Source of the DNA: Fistulifera solaris
Taxonomy: Eukaryota
DNA length: 64,000 nucleotides
NCBI GenBank assembly: GCA_030295235.1
Contig: AP026132.1
Coordinates: forward strand, 434,001 to 498,000
Reading direction: 5' to 3'
Shown here: piece after piece, positions 23,683-34,358 of the stretch
Layout of the letters: every line of letters begins with the position of its first letter
Position numbering within the stretch: position 1 is the stretch's first letter
Notes under the pieces: model-generated
Told to the model about the DNA's origin: nothing
Seen by the model: only the letters and a program-made list of their open reading frames with translations
Database searches by the model: none
Translations under genes and position numbers: made by a program

Positions 23683-24844
23683 ATGAGACGAGTAGGAACG
23701 TTGTCGATTGCCACCGTTTTATTATTCTATGTCTTTCATGCCGATGCGTTTCTTCCACAACGGCCGATTGTCTCCAACACTCGAATTCACAGCTCTGCGG
23801 AGCAAGATGATCATCGGAAGCAAAGTTATTTTCTGACTCTCGAAGAAATCAATCCGATCATTACCCTCAATAAAGACAAAAGCTCGATGAAAGTGGTCAA
23901 TGCCTTTGGCTTGTGGTGTGCGGTGGTGTCTTTAACGTTAGCTCCCATATGGACCCTCGCGATGAGCATGGTGAAAATGGCACACAACATGAATGAAGAC
24001 TTTGATCCGCAACGAGCCATTTACGATAAGTAAGTATCCGGTTTTTGTGATATCTCTGAAGGATGAAATAATACGGCTTCTCATGTTCGACACTTTAGGA
24101 CGGGCAAAATCTGGGCAAAATCGTGGCTCGCTTTGACCAATAGTGTTCCAACGTACTCGGGAGAAATAGAGTCGCTACGGCAGGGTCAAGGACCTTGTCT
24201 TTACGTCGCCAATCACGCGTCGTGGCTGGACATTCCCATTCTTTGCACCGTCCTTGACCCTGTGTTCAAGTTCATCGCCAAAGGAGAACTCAAGAATGTT
24301 CCTTGTATAGGTCAACAACTTACCGGGGTGAGTTTGAATTGTATTTCTGTTGGTAGCAGTATTCTCTTTTACTCATTGTTCTTAACAGGGCGATCACATA
24401 ATCATTGATCGCGAAGACAAACGATCCCAGCTGCGTACATTCAAAGACGGACTGAACTGGCTAAAAAATGGGGTACCGATTATGGCGTTTCCGGAAGGAA
24501 AACGGTCTCAGGACGGCCGACTGATGGATTTCAAAGGAGGGCTCTTTTCCATGGCGACCAAGGCCGGTGTTCCCATCATTCCCATTACCATCTCTCACGC
24601 CCACGCCGTGATGCCCAGTGTCTCGTTGTTTCCCGTGCAACCGGGACGTGGTAAATTGCATCTGCATGTCCATCCCGCCATTGATTCTGCAGGACGCACG
24701 GAAGCGGAACTGCAAGAGCTAGTGAGAGCGGCGTTTTTGTCGCAACTACCGGAGGACCAGCTGCCACTCAATGCTGCTTCATCCGATGAACCAACGGTTG
24801 TGGACCTTCCAGCGACTCCTAGCCCCGTCGAGGCGGGCAACTGA
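23683..24844 (+). CDS. plsC: Plastid 1-acyl-sn-glycerol-3-phosphate acyltransferase (LPAAT, PlsC/ATS2-like), 3 exons
   Basis: Signal peptide ending ADA-F; NHASWLD, FIAK, IDR, FPEGKRS, FKGGLF, IIPITI motifs; introns 24030-24098 and 24328-24388. Confidence 0.9.
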
Positions 24845-25105
24845 AATGCTTCCTCCATGCTATCGCTAATTTTATGTAACGCATCTATATTAAACGTAGC
24901 GTTCGCCGTGTATCAAGTTTGATTTCTCAATGCGATTTTTCACGGCAAGCACCTTCCTGACATACGATTCGATCGACCCTTCTTGAAAGAGCAGTCGTGA
25001 TCGATGCAAATGCTGTTGCATAAGAAATGGAAGTATTTATAGTCGAAAGTCTATTCAATTCAATAACATTATCAATTGCTCATTATTTGTGTCGTATGTA
25101 TAGTA

Positions 25106-25740
25106 TTACCATTTCGTTACGCGAGTAACTAATTCCGAAGGAAATACGTGAGTGCGTTGTGCAAGCATGAAACAAGGAACGAGATAAGTGGAAATGTACT
25201 TACGCTCCGGATTGCGATCTCGCAAAAGTAAAGTTTCGCCCTCTTCACCTTCCGCTTACCCTTGTAAACAAAGTTTTCTTCTAACAGTTTCACCGACTGC
25301 AAGAGAGGCGAATGCAGCAGAATACGGCGTTCGACGGGTTGCCCAAACACGACATCTCGTAACAGCACCGAATGATCGAGTCCTTTGCGGCTGATTCCTA
25401 AAACAACCCCACGGATCTTTTCAATTTCGTTCTTTTCGGCATTTTCACGTCCGATGACGAGCTCAATGGCATCCCCCACGCGAAAGTGCGTTCCCCAGAC
25501 ATCGGGTTTGTTAGCCTTGTTGCTTTTGACCAATTCACCTTGCAGTTCCTGCAGTAATTTCGAGGCTCGTTTTCGCGGTGACTTGAATTTGGGTGCCCTA
25601 TGACGGGGACGTAACCCGTGATGCAACACCGCCATTTCCTCGGGAGTGCGAAGGTTCGTTGAAAACGCTGCGGCGGTCCATCGCGGAAGACCGCTCGACG
25701 AAGCAGCGAAACGTCCGATTCTGGCAGCGATTCCCAGCAT
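25106..25740 (-). CDS. rplS: Mitochondrial ribosomal protein bL19
   Basis: Arg/Ala/Ser-rich presequence; FRVGD, GVVLG, VERRILLHSP, KVKRAKLYF; frameshift ~25225; intron 25129-25203 gives a ...PELTRVTKW* end. Confidence 0.85.
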
Positions 25741-26367
25741 GTTTTCGCGTACAAATATTATTTACAGGATAATAAGAGCAGGTGTCTATTGCAATGAAGA
25801 AGATGTTGTCATCAGGAAACTCATTAGGCTCGCACGTTGCTCAAATACGGTAAGCTCAACGCTGCTCAAGCTCAACGTGCCTATTGTCGAAGAGAATGAG
25901 GGACGGTTGAAAGGCAGACTTCCTGTAAGTTGTCGGTCGGTCACGGTTACGAGGGACTGGCCCGTCCCACTCTATCATCAAAATCAAAATAATAGATAAA
26001 CTATTTTACATCCGTATCTACCATCTACGGTATCATAGTTCATACTTCGTACATTGTATTTTTATTACAAGGCCTTTGAACTACAATTATTCGTCCTCGT
26101 TCCTCGTCCTCCGCTTTGCGCTACTTGTGCGCGCAAGCTTAATAACTTTCTTTCATCATTCTTCACCAATCACCAACTCTATTCTTTTTTACTCTGTTCT
26201 ATCTAGACTTTTTAGAGAGAGAAAGAGGATTCGGATGTTTCTCTCTCTAGACCTAATCTCCTCTCCTCCGTTCTCTCTGATGCAAGGAAAGAGGAAAGTC
26301 GCAGATCGCAGATCTCAAATAATACAGTATGCAGAATGCACTCTCAATTTCATCATTATTACCTGGG

Positions 26368-26633
26368 TAGGGATCCATTTCATACCGGTACGGTATGAAA
26401 TATCGTACCGGCGGGTCGATTTTTGGCCATACCGGATATCGTACCGGCCACCTTGACGATACCGGTATAAAACGATATTGAAGGATCAATATCTTAGCGG
26501 TACCCAATTGTAGGCAGATCACGTCCGCAACTCATACCGCCAAATACCGGTATTTCATACCGGGCGGGCCTAAAATCCGGTAAAATATCGGAATACCGTA
26601 CCGCCCCAAAAATCCCGGCGAAATGGAACCCTT
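26368..26633. mobile_element. hAT-like MITE copy A (degenerate)
   Basis: Imperfect TIRs TAGGGATCCATTTC / GAAATGGAACCCTT; many TACCG/CGGTA subterminal repeats; 5' part similar to copy B (cgtaccggcgggtcg.tttttggcc). TSD is not clean. Confidence 0.65.
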
Positions 26634-26681
26634 ACCCCTTACCTGGTATTACCCGTTTCCCGTTCTGCGTTCTGCTTCTTT

Positions 26682-26734
26682 TGTCACTTGTCACTTGTCA
26701 CTTGTCTTTTGTTACTTGTCACTTGTCACTTGAT
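26682..26734. repeat. Degenerate 7-bp tandem repeat (CACTTGT)n
   Basis: tgtcacttgtcacttgtcacttgtc...acttgtcacttgtcacttgat. Confidence 0.8.
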
Positions 26735-27037
26735 TAGGGATTCATTCCGTACGGGTCCGGTACGGAATACCGTACCGGCGGGTCGGTTTTTGGCCTTACC
26801 GAATACCGTATACCGTACCGGCCGTTTGGGGAATTGTCGGTAAAAACCAGGTGATATCTTAGTGGCACTTAACAGTAGAAATAAGTGTGGGATGATGTTT
26901 CAGAATGCTAGGGATTAAAACAATGCCACTGCCAAGTAGATACAAGTACCGGACATTTCCGGTATTACCGGACCGGGCGGGCTGCAAAATACCGGATACC
27001 GTACCGACTTCCTTGAACCGGACGGAATGAAACCCTA
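26735..27037. mobile_element. hAT-like MITE copy B with 8-bp TSD
   Basis: TIRs TAGGGATTCATTCCG / CGGAATGAAACCCTA (1 mismatch); perfect 8-bp direct repeat CACTTGAT at 26727-26734 and 27038-27045. Confidence 0.85.
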
Positions 27038-27197
27038 CACTTGATAAATCGATAAATCTTGATACTTCTTGTGCGTACTAAGTACTAAGTACAAAGTGGA
27101 CAGTACGACGAATCACGTATCATCACGATTTCGTACTACGAACGACGAAATATTGTGGGAAAAAGAATGCGGAGTCGCGAGTCTTAGTGCAAACTAA

Positions 27198-28918
27198 GGG
27201 TCGATCTTATCGAAATTATTTCTGGCCATCTGGCCAGCCATCTCGCTACATGGCCGTCGACATGGCTCGATACGTTTTATCGGAAAATTTTTGCCGGCCA
27301 CCAGCCATTTTGACAGTTTCGATACGACATTGCAGTGACTAAATAAGAATCCTCGTTTTTTCCTTTACAATTGCATTGAAAATCACGACACATTTTCATC
27401 GAAAGACGTCGACCTACATTTGTTGATAAAAAATCTCATTTTGAGGACTTAAAAATAATTATTACTCTATTGTAATCAAGAATTAATCATGGATGCATGG
27501 TGAAGGGGATTTGTCGCAGGTGCGGAAAGCGACTCGTCATCGGGAACGTCGAAAAGTAGCATCTAGATCATCGACGAGATCTATTTGTTTTTCGCGATTC
27601 ATATGCTGTTGCATCGAAAGGGAAACTTTACTTTTGCGAATCGTAGGAAGAAACTCTTAGAGTCAATTATCATGTCATTAATCTCGACTTTCATTTGCCG
27701 GGTAGAGCTGTGAGCGTCACTTCATCCTCCGTGAGGAGATCAAAGTAAAGTACTAGAGCTTCCGTCCTGAACGCTTTGCAGTTTATTCACTAGCAATCCA
27801 CAGTAAAGTAACTAACTAGATACTTGCGATTGTGTCCACTTCCTAGATGAGGTCTGCGAACAATGCAAGCTGTATCATGCTCAATCAACAATATAGACTG
27901 GCAAATAGATTTAGCTTTGCAAGAAGAATATTGACAAGATCTCAGAACCAAATACTCTTCGGAACGGATAGCACATGTAAAACAGAGCATCTGACACAAG
28001 ATCCACGAGGTCAAGAAGATAGAAGGTGGCATTATATCGTTTTTCCGTCTAAAATTAGGGAATAAAAACTACGTTCTGAAAAATTCGGTTTCCCCACCAT
28101 TCATCGATTCGTGGACGGCCAGATCAAATTGAGCATCGTAGCCGGCACCAAAACGTGAGATCTTCTGTTGTGATGTCTACACAATAGAAAGAAAAGCTCA
28201 CACTTGGTTGTGTGGACGGCATTTAAATTTACAGTCGGCCCGCGAAAAATTCCCATCGTCGTCGTCAATTGAGCTCTCCATTCTTCCGCCCCCGCTTCCT
28301 TCTTTAAGAGGAATAAATCTTTTTTGTATTGATGCATGATTTTCTGTGTCATTTTTCGATCACTGGTATGAGAAAGATCTCATAATTCGCAGAAGAAAGA
28401 AGCCGACTGGAGACCAAGCGCTCGTTCGATCGTCCGCTCGAGCGCCTTCGAGCGCTTATTGCAGAACCAGTGACTCCATGAGCTCCATCACACTATGAAA
28501 GTATGTCTTTGAGCCTTATTGATGGGAATACATGAAGAAGCGATGAAAAAAGTTGAATAACGATAACGGTCGGCAGGAAATACGCGATCAAAAAACGGCT
28601 GATTGTCGGAATATTGTGGGTACGAAGACGCAGTCTTTTCCCGGCTGTTCCCTACAACAAATAGATCAGCTGTAAATGAAAATAATGGCGAATGATTAAT
28701 CAATCAGAACATTTGAGTGACGATTGTAACAAATGGTCGTGTTGAATAAGGTGAAAAATTTTGAAATGGCCGCGTGGATGCGAGGTGGCCGAGAAAATGG
28801 ACATGTCAAAAATCTCGGCCATGTGGCTCGTCCGAAATGGCTGGAACGGTTGAGAACAGACGATTTTTGGTGGCTGATGGCCAGATGGCCGGGTTTTTTT
28901 GTCCGATAAGATCGACCC
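27198..28918. mobile_element. Non-autonomous PIF/Harbinger-like DNA transposon (1.7 kb)
   Basis: Perfect 15-bp TIR GGGTCGATCTTATCG / CGATAAGATCGACCC, followed by imperfect GGCCATCTGGCC subterminal similarity; TAA flanks both ends (27195-27197, 28919-28921); no long internal ORF. Confidence 0.85.
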
Positions 28919-29195
28919 TAAGGTATAAAGTACAAAGTATATGGAACAAAGTAGATAATAGCGATGTCACTATACGGAATTACAGTAGCCACTCCGCATT
29001 ATTGCCTTGCAACTTGCAACTTGCGACTCGACTCCTCCTCCTCCTCGCGGGATGCCTACTTCCTCCTGCTTTGCGGCCTCCTCCTTTTCGCGCCCCGAAA
29101 TAATGAAAATTGAAGCCACGAAGATTTAACTAGAAAGAATTTCGAACCTTCATTCCAGTGCTGGCTACAATAAACCGGTAAACAATCTTGTTGAA

Positions 29196-30389
29196 ATGTC
29201 GACGCGATCCCATCATTCTACGGCTGTAATCGTCTGTGTTTTCCTGGCGTGCTCTTCCATATTTTATGAAACAGTCGGGCGTATCAAGTTCGTTGAGAGC
29301 ATCAACACAGTCTGTGCAGAGAAAAGTGTCGATGACGGAATCGACCCCGTCGGGAGCGTAGCCGATACGTACAGTATCAGTGTCAGCAAAAATCCGATCG
29401 ACACGAGTTGTCTTCGCTTTGCCACGATGGAGCAAACGTTCGCCGCCGGTCTGGGGCACAAAGTTACGGAAGTGATCTTTGGTATGGTCATGGCCGAGGA
29501 AACAAACTCTGTTTTTGTTTTGGATGACCACATTTGGTTGGAAAACGGCACGCATGGATCTTACGACTGGTTGATGGATTTCCTCCCACTCAATGAGACC
29601 GAGTTCACCAAGTCAGAGCTTGAGGCACTCTCCAGCGACACCCCCGTAACGACGGTGTTGGACCGGTGGGATGTGGTTGTCAATCAATCCAAGGAGGAGA
29701 ATAACGCTTGCAACGTTTTGTTTTCAACGCGATTGGAGTGGTGCTGTGATAGCGCTGACATTTGTTACTGCACGATGCACCCACCACGGATCGGTTCTTT
29801 CGATCGCGTCAAATGGCGTATGCGCGAAGCTTTCTCACGGTCCAAATACGTCCCTTCACGCAGTCTTCTCGATCTGGGCGCACTTCCCAAGAACGAACCG
29901 ATTTTAACCATCGTGTGGCACGTGCGACAAGGAGATATCGTTTTGAATGCCAGAAAGGAGCACTTTGATAAGCTTGCATCGCAGATTGCGTCGGTATTGT
30001 CAATTGGACGTATCCCCGTCCACGTCTTCCTTTACGGAGACGGCGAAATTTTTGAAAACTTTCCTTTTCTTCCCTATCTCTGCCAACAGTACTTCGGAGG
30101 CAATTGTTCCTACCCGGCATTAGACGTGCGAGACTCACTCTATTACATGATAGAAAGCGACGTTCTCATCACTAGCGGAAGCAGTTTTCCCATCATTGCA
30201 GCAGTGTTAAGAGCTCACGGAGTCGTTCTTCACGAGTATCCAAAAGAATACGTTCTGGGTATCTATGAACTGGCGGAGCACGGACTCATTGAATATGATG
30301 GAACCATTTCGACACCGTCGTTGAGGGATCTGCAATATCAGTTGCAATTCATGTTCAATCAAAAGATAAAGAAGTTGAGAAACCCATGA
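29196..30389 (+). CDS. Type II membrane putative fucosyltransferase-like glycosyltransferase (paralog 1)
   Basis: N-terminal TM; GLGH, WHVRQGD (HxRxxD GDP-fucose-binding-like motif) and SDVLITSGSSF resemble GT11/GT23/NodZ-type motifs. Confidence 0.6.
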   Translation: MSTRSHHSTAVIVCVFLACSSIFYETVGRIKFVESINTVCAEKSVDDGIDPVGSVADTYSISVSKNPIDTSCLRFATMEQTFAAGLGHKVTEVIFGMVMAEETNSVFVLDDHIWLENGTHGSYDWLMDFLPLNETEFTKSELEALSSDTPVTTVLDRWDVVVNQSKEENNACNVLFSTRLEWCCDSADICYCTMHPPRIGSFDRVKWRMREAFSRSKYVPSRSLLDLGALPKNEPILTIVWHVRQGDIVLNARKEHFDKLASQIASVLSIGRIPVHVFLYGDGEIFENFPFLPYLCQQYFGGNCSYPALDVRDSLYYMIESDVLITSGSSFPIIAAVLRAHGVVLHEYPKEYVLGIYELAEHGLIEYDGTISTPSLRDLQYQLQFMFNQKIKKLRNP

Positions 30390-30896
30390 AAGAGCAATTT
30401 GTTGCCGCTGTTGGCCTAAAGAGAACGTAGTTTCGATGGTTTTTATTTTAGGCCAGCGACCCCACTCTTTCCTGATAAAACGTGTGGAAGGTTGTTGACA
30501 TAAAAACCATTGAAGTTAATCAATTTTATACGGAGCTTGTTCTATTAGAGGTGAATGAATGAATTCAAAGAAAGATGAGAAAGACCTCCTCTAAAGCGTG
30601 ATAAAGCGTGATTTGTTGAGAAGAGCCAGTCCCGTCATCAGTATTTTTTGTCGACGACATACTAAAAATGGCTAGACTACTCCGTGAACAATCGTTTATT
30701 CCTTGTTATAAAACTTCAAAAAACATCTATGAATGTTTTTGCGCCAAAAGTGGTCAGCTGTACAAACCTGCATAGAGTCTTTGGAGCATTCGAATGTATT
30801 GATTGCGGCAGCTCGTTGTGATCGCTCATGATACAAATCGAAAATATTGCGGAGAAGGCGCGACTTAGACTACAGCAACCCACGGCATTCTACTCA

Positions 30897-32085
30897 TCAA
30901 TCATGATTCTCGCTTTCGCAGCATGATACCCAATCACTGACTACTTGTAGAAAGTATCGAAGAATGGTCCCTGTTGCGGGGCAAAAGTTTGTCGCCCTTA
31001 ACTTGCCGCGCTGTTCATACGTTGCACTCATAGTCCTGGTGTCAGCATGAGGATCCGACGATTGATTGCCGTACACTGTGTAGTGATTCACGTGGCAAGA
31101 GTCACTGAGAGTACCGAAATAATGGGGAATGTAATAGCCGACCGGGAAAATCTCTATCAACGCTCCGCATTTGGGCATGAAAGGCATACCTGTTTCTTGA
31201 GCTCCATGGCCTGTGAAGATGATGTCATGCGTTGCAAACCAAGCAATTTGTTCACGGAAAGACTTCGCATCAAACGTCGTCACATCCATTTCCACCTGAC
31301 TGCCCCAATAACGCAGTACTTCATCACGTATATGCTCTGCGTTCAAGATCGAACGCGAGCCACTCCGATTGAGGATACCAATCCGTATGGGCCCCTTGCA
31401 GCCAACCCGTTCTACCTTTTCATGTCGTAGAATTCCCTCGGTCCATTTCCAAGCGTCATCCCTAAAGATATGAAATTCTCGTCTCGGATAATTAGGATCC
31501 ACCGCAGAATTCACGTCGGTATCGTTCAGTTGATCCGTTGTCGTCACCGTCACATTGAACGCTCCGTGCATTGCTTGAAGCATTTCTTCGACGAACTGAG
31601 GGGTAGACGACGGGACAAATCCTTTGTAACCAGGTGGTCCTACGATGACAGGGTGCTTGCCCGAATTTGCTTCCCAGAACGACCAACAGCTGTAAATTTT
31701 TTCCATTGCGTGAGGGAAATGAGCAGTAAAACTACTGTTCATGAACTTGCAAATAGCCCTTTCGCTTTCGCTCGTTTTGGGTGGAAAGGCCGACTGATTT
31801 GATTTCGCCCGGCGGTCGAAATTTCCTGGTTCAATCTCTAAACATTGTGCTGGCTCCTTCAACACGCCACTCAGTGTCATTCAGCTGACTTAAAAGGAGA
31901 CTAAAGTCGGGTGACGATTCCGTCTTTGAAACTTCGTAAAAGGAAGAGCTCCATTTTTCGTTCGCTGCCACAATTTCGGACTGATAGATAAAAAGAGCGC
32001 CAACTGCCAAAGCCGGAAGAAGAAACAAAAGCCGAAAGCTTGACCTTTGTTCCATCAACCTTACTGTGGGATTAGAGACCAACAT
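30897..32085 (-). CDS. Glycosyltransferase family 61 (DUF563) type II membrane protein; frameshift ~31830-31880
   Basis: ILNRSGSRSILN, SFREQIAWF..HDIIFTGHGAQ, LIEIFP; the TM anchor lies in the overlapping ORF 31831-32085. Confidence 0.8.
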
Positions 32086-32746
32086 TTGCTATTCTCGGAG
32101 ACTGATATAGATGAAGATAAACGCAACACATCAATCACATGAGACAGTATTGCTTTAGAAGGCGTTTTGATCGTTTTGGTCGAAGATGGTGAGGATAGTG
32201 TGGAGTGAGGACCATTATTATTTTTTCTAACCGGAATGTTCGCGTTTTTCGTAAATTCGTATTTCGCGCGGTCGCACACTTTCCCATTTTGCCCAAACGG
32301 TAGAGAAATAAAAAATACGAAAGTTTTTGTCTGTCATTTTCTCCGGCTACGAACGCGAAATGCGAAAATACGAATACGAAATTTCCAGTTAGAAATGGCC
32401 CTGAGGAGAGGGAGGACTATTTTTGTGGTACGGTACTATGTACTACTAGAGTACTTTGTAGGTACTCCGTAGCATTTTCTGAGTACCGTATGTTGTGCAG
32501 TGGGATCAATAAATAAAAATTTAACTATGAACTAACCTACTTTCCAAGCGACAGTAGAATAGGGCAATTGTAAGTTGTTCCTCTCATTTTTCTGTCAAAC
32601 ATTAAACCACTTCTTTACGGAGCTCATCCAACTTCTTTGAACCGAGAACCAAGGACCAAGAACGCTTTAATAAATAAATCAACATCCACGCTCTTGTTAG
32701 CTACCTATTTCGATTGGTATCTGTAAAGCAATTTAATTAAGTCGAG

Positions 32747-33979
32747 ATGGCGACAAGATCCCCAGCCACGGCAATCATTATCCTGCTCTCCGTTTGTGTG
32801 TTTTTTCTGGCCTGGACTTCCATGTTTCAGGTGTGCCTCTGCGTCACACCGGATCTTAAATTAAGCAACGAAGTAGCCGGGTCTACCAAAGTCGTCGCGG
32901 ACACGCTTTCTGCAGAAAACGACAAAGACCAACTAACCGTCGGAGACGTAGAGGAGAGGCATAGCTTCAGCGTAAGCAAGAGTCCGATTGACATGAACTG
33001 TCCTCGCTTTGCAACAATGAAGCATACCGGCAACGCCGGTCTGGGACACAAGCTAACTGAAGTGATTTTCGGTATGATTATTGCAGAAGAGACAAACTCA
33101 ACTTTTCTTTTGGATGACACGATATGGAATCACGTAGGCAATCATGGATCTTACGATTGGTTGATGAACTTCCTTCCTTTAAATGAAACTGAGTTCACCA
33201 TGTCTGAGTTTGCTAGAATTTCAAAAGATAACCCCATTCCGACTGTGTTAGACAGGTGGGATGGACTTGTCGACCAATCCAAGAATGAGAGTAATGCCTG
33301 CAACGTCTTGTTCATGACTTACTTGCATTGGTGCTGTGATAGCGCCAACATTTGTTACTGTACAACTCAGCAAGCAAGAATAGGAACTTTCGATCGAGTC
33401 AAATGGCGTATGCAGGAAGCTTTTTCAAGGTCAAAATACGTCCCTTCACTCAGTCTTCTCGATTTGGGCAAACTTCCAAAACATGAACCGATTTTAACCA
33501 TTGTGTGGCACGTGCGACAAGGAGATATCGTTTTGAATGCGCAAAAGGAGCACTTTGATAACCTGTCGTCGCAAATAACGTCTGTGCTATCGATAGGAAA
33601 AATCCCCGTTCATGTCTTTATTTACGGGGAGGGCGAAGTTTTCGAAAAATTTCCTTTTCTTCCCGATCTCTGCCAGCAGTATTTCGGAGGAAATTGTTCC
33701 TACCCGACCTTAGACGTGCGAGACTCGCTTTATTACATGACAGAAAGCGACGTTCTCATCACCAGCGGAAGCAGTTTTCCAATCATTGCCGCAGTGTTAC
33801 GAACGGGTGGAGTCGTTCTCTATGAATATCCAAAAGAAAATGTGTTGGGTATCTACGAACTGGCGGATCACGGGATCATTGATAGGGATGGAATGATAAC
33901 GACACCATCGATGAAAGATCTGCAATATCGGTTTCAGTTAATATTCAACCAGAAGATGAAGAAGTTGAGGAACTCGTGA
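32747..33979 (+). CDS. Type II membrane putative fucosyltransferase-like glycosyltransferase (paralog 2)
   Basis: Same motifs as 29196-30389, with long identical peptide and DNA blocks (EPILTIVWHVRQGDIVLNA, LCQQYFGGNCSYP). Confidence 0.6.
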   Translation: MATRSPATAIIILLSVCVFFLAWTSMFQVCLCVTPDLKLSNEVAGSTKVVADTLSAENDKDQLTVGDVEERHSFSVSKSPIDMNCPRFATMKHTGNAGLGHKLTEVIFGMIIAEETNSTFLLDDTIWNHVGNHGSYDWLMNFLPLNETEFTMSEFARISKDNPIPTVLDRWDGLVDQSKNESNACNVLFMTYLHWCCDSANICYCTTQQARIGTFDRVKWRMQEAFSRSKYVPSLSLLDLGKLPKHEPILTIVWHVRQGDIVLNAQKEHFDNLSSQITSVLSIGKIPVHVFIYGEGEVFEKFPFLPDLCQQYFGGNCSYPTLDVRDSLYYMTESDVLITSGSSFPIIAAVLRTGGVVLYEYPKENVLGIYELADHGIIDRDGMITTPSMKDLQYRFQLIFNQKMKKLRNS

Positions 33980-34358
33980 TGATTTCAACAAGTTTTGGTG
34001 GTTGTGTGATCGCTTTTGTATGGTCCGCCACCGTCAGAGCTGATGAATACAGTTAATGAAAGTAAAAGTCTACACGCTCAATGCGTTGCAACTAGACTAT
34101 AAACTTTTGGATGTATTGTATTATTTGAAAATCAATAATTTATATTCTCGTCGAAAAAATGGTTGTCACAGCAAACTAGACTATAGTCTACTGCTAATAA
34201 TTGGATGTCGCAGTGACTATAACAACCGATCGATGAATAAAAACGAGACCGATGATGCCGGCAGCCTGACAACGATGAATCAAAATCGTTAATGCTTTAA
34301 AACTTACCGGGGGTGCGAAAAAGGGAGTTCGATAGTTATAGGCACCGTAAAGAAGTCT

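Noticed and set aside
23683..24844. LPAAT as part of a lipid gene cluster with the ether-lipid fusion
   Set aside because: It is 8 kb away, separated by unrelated genes, and carries a plastid presequence; proximity is probably chance.
26368..27037. CRISPR-like repeat array
   Set aside because: The repeats are 5-6-bp subterminal motifs without regular spacers; eukaryotic context and no cas genes.
27790..28703. Short ORFs inside the Harbinger-like element as transposase or Myb genes
   Set aside because: No DDE or Myb/SANT motifs were recognised and all ORFs are under 90 aa.
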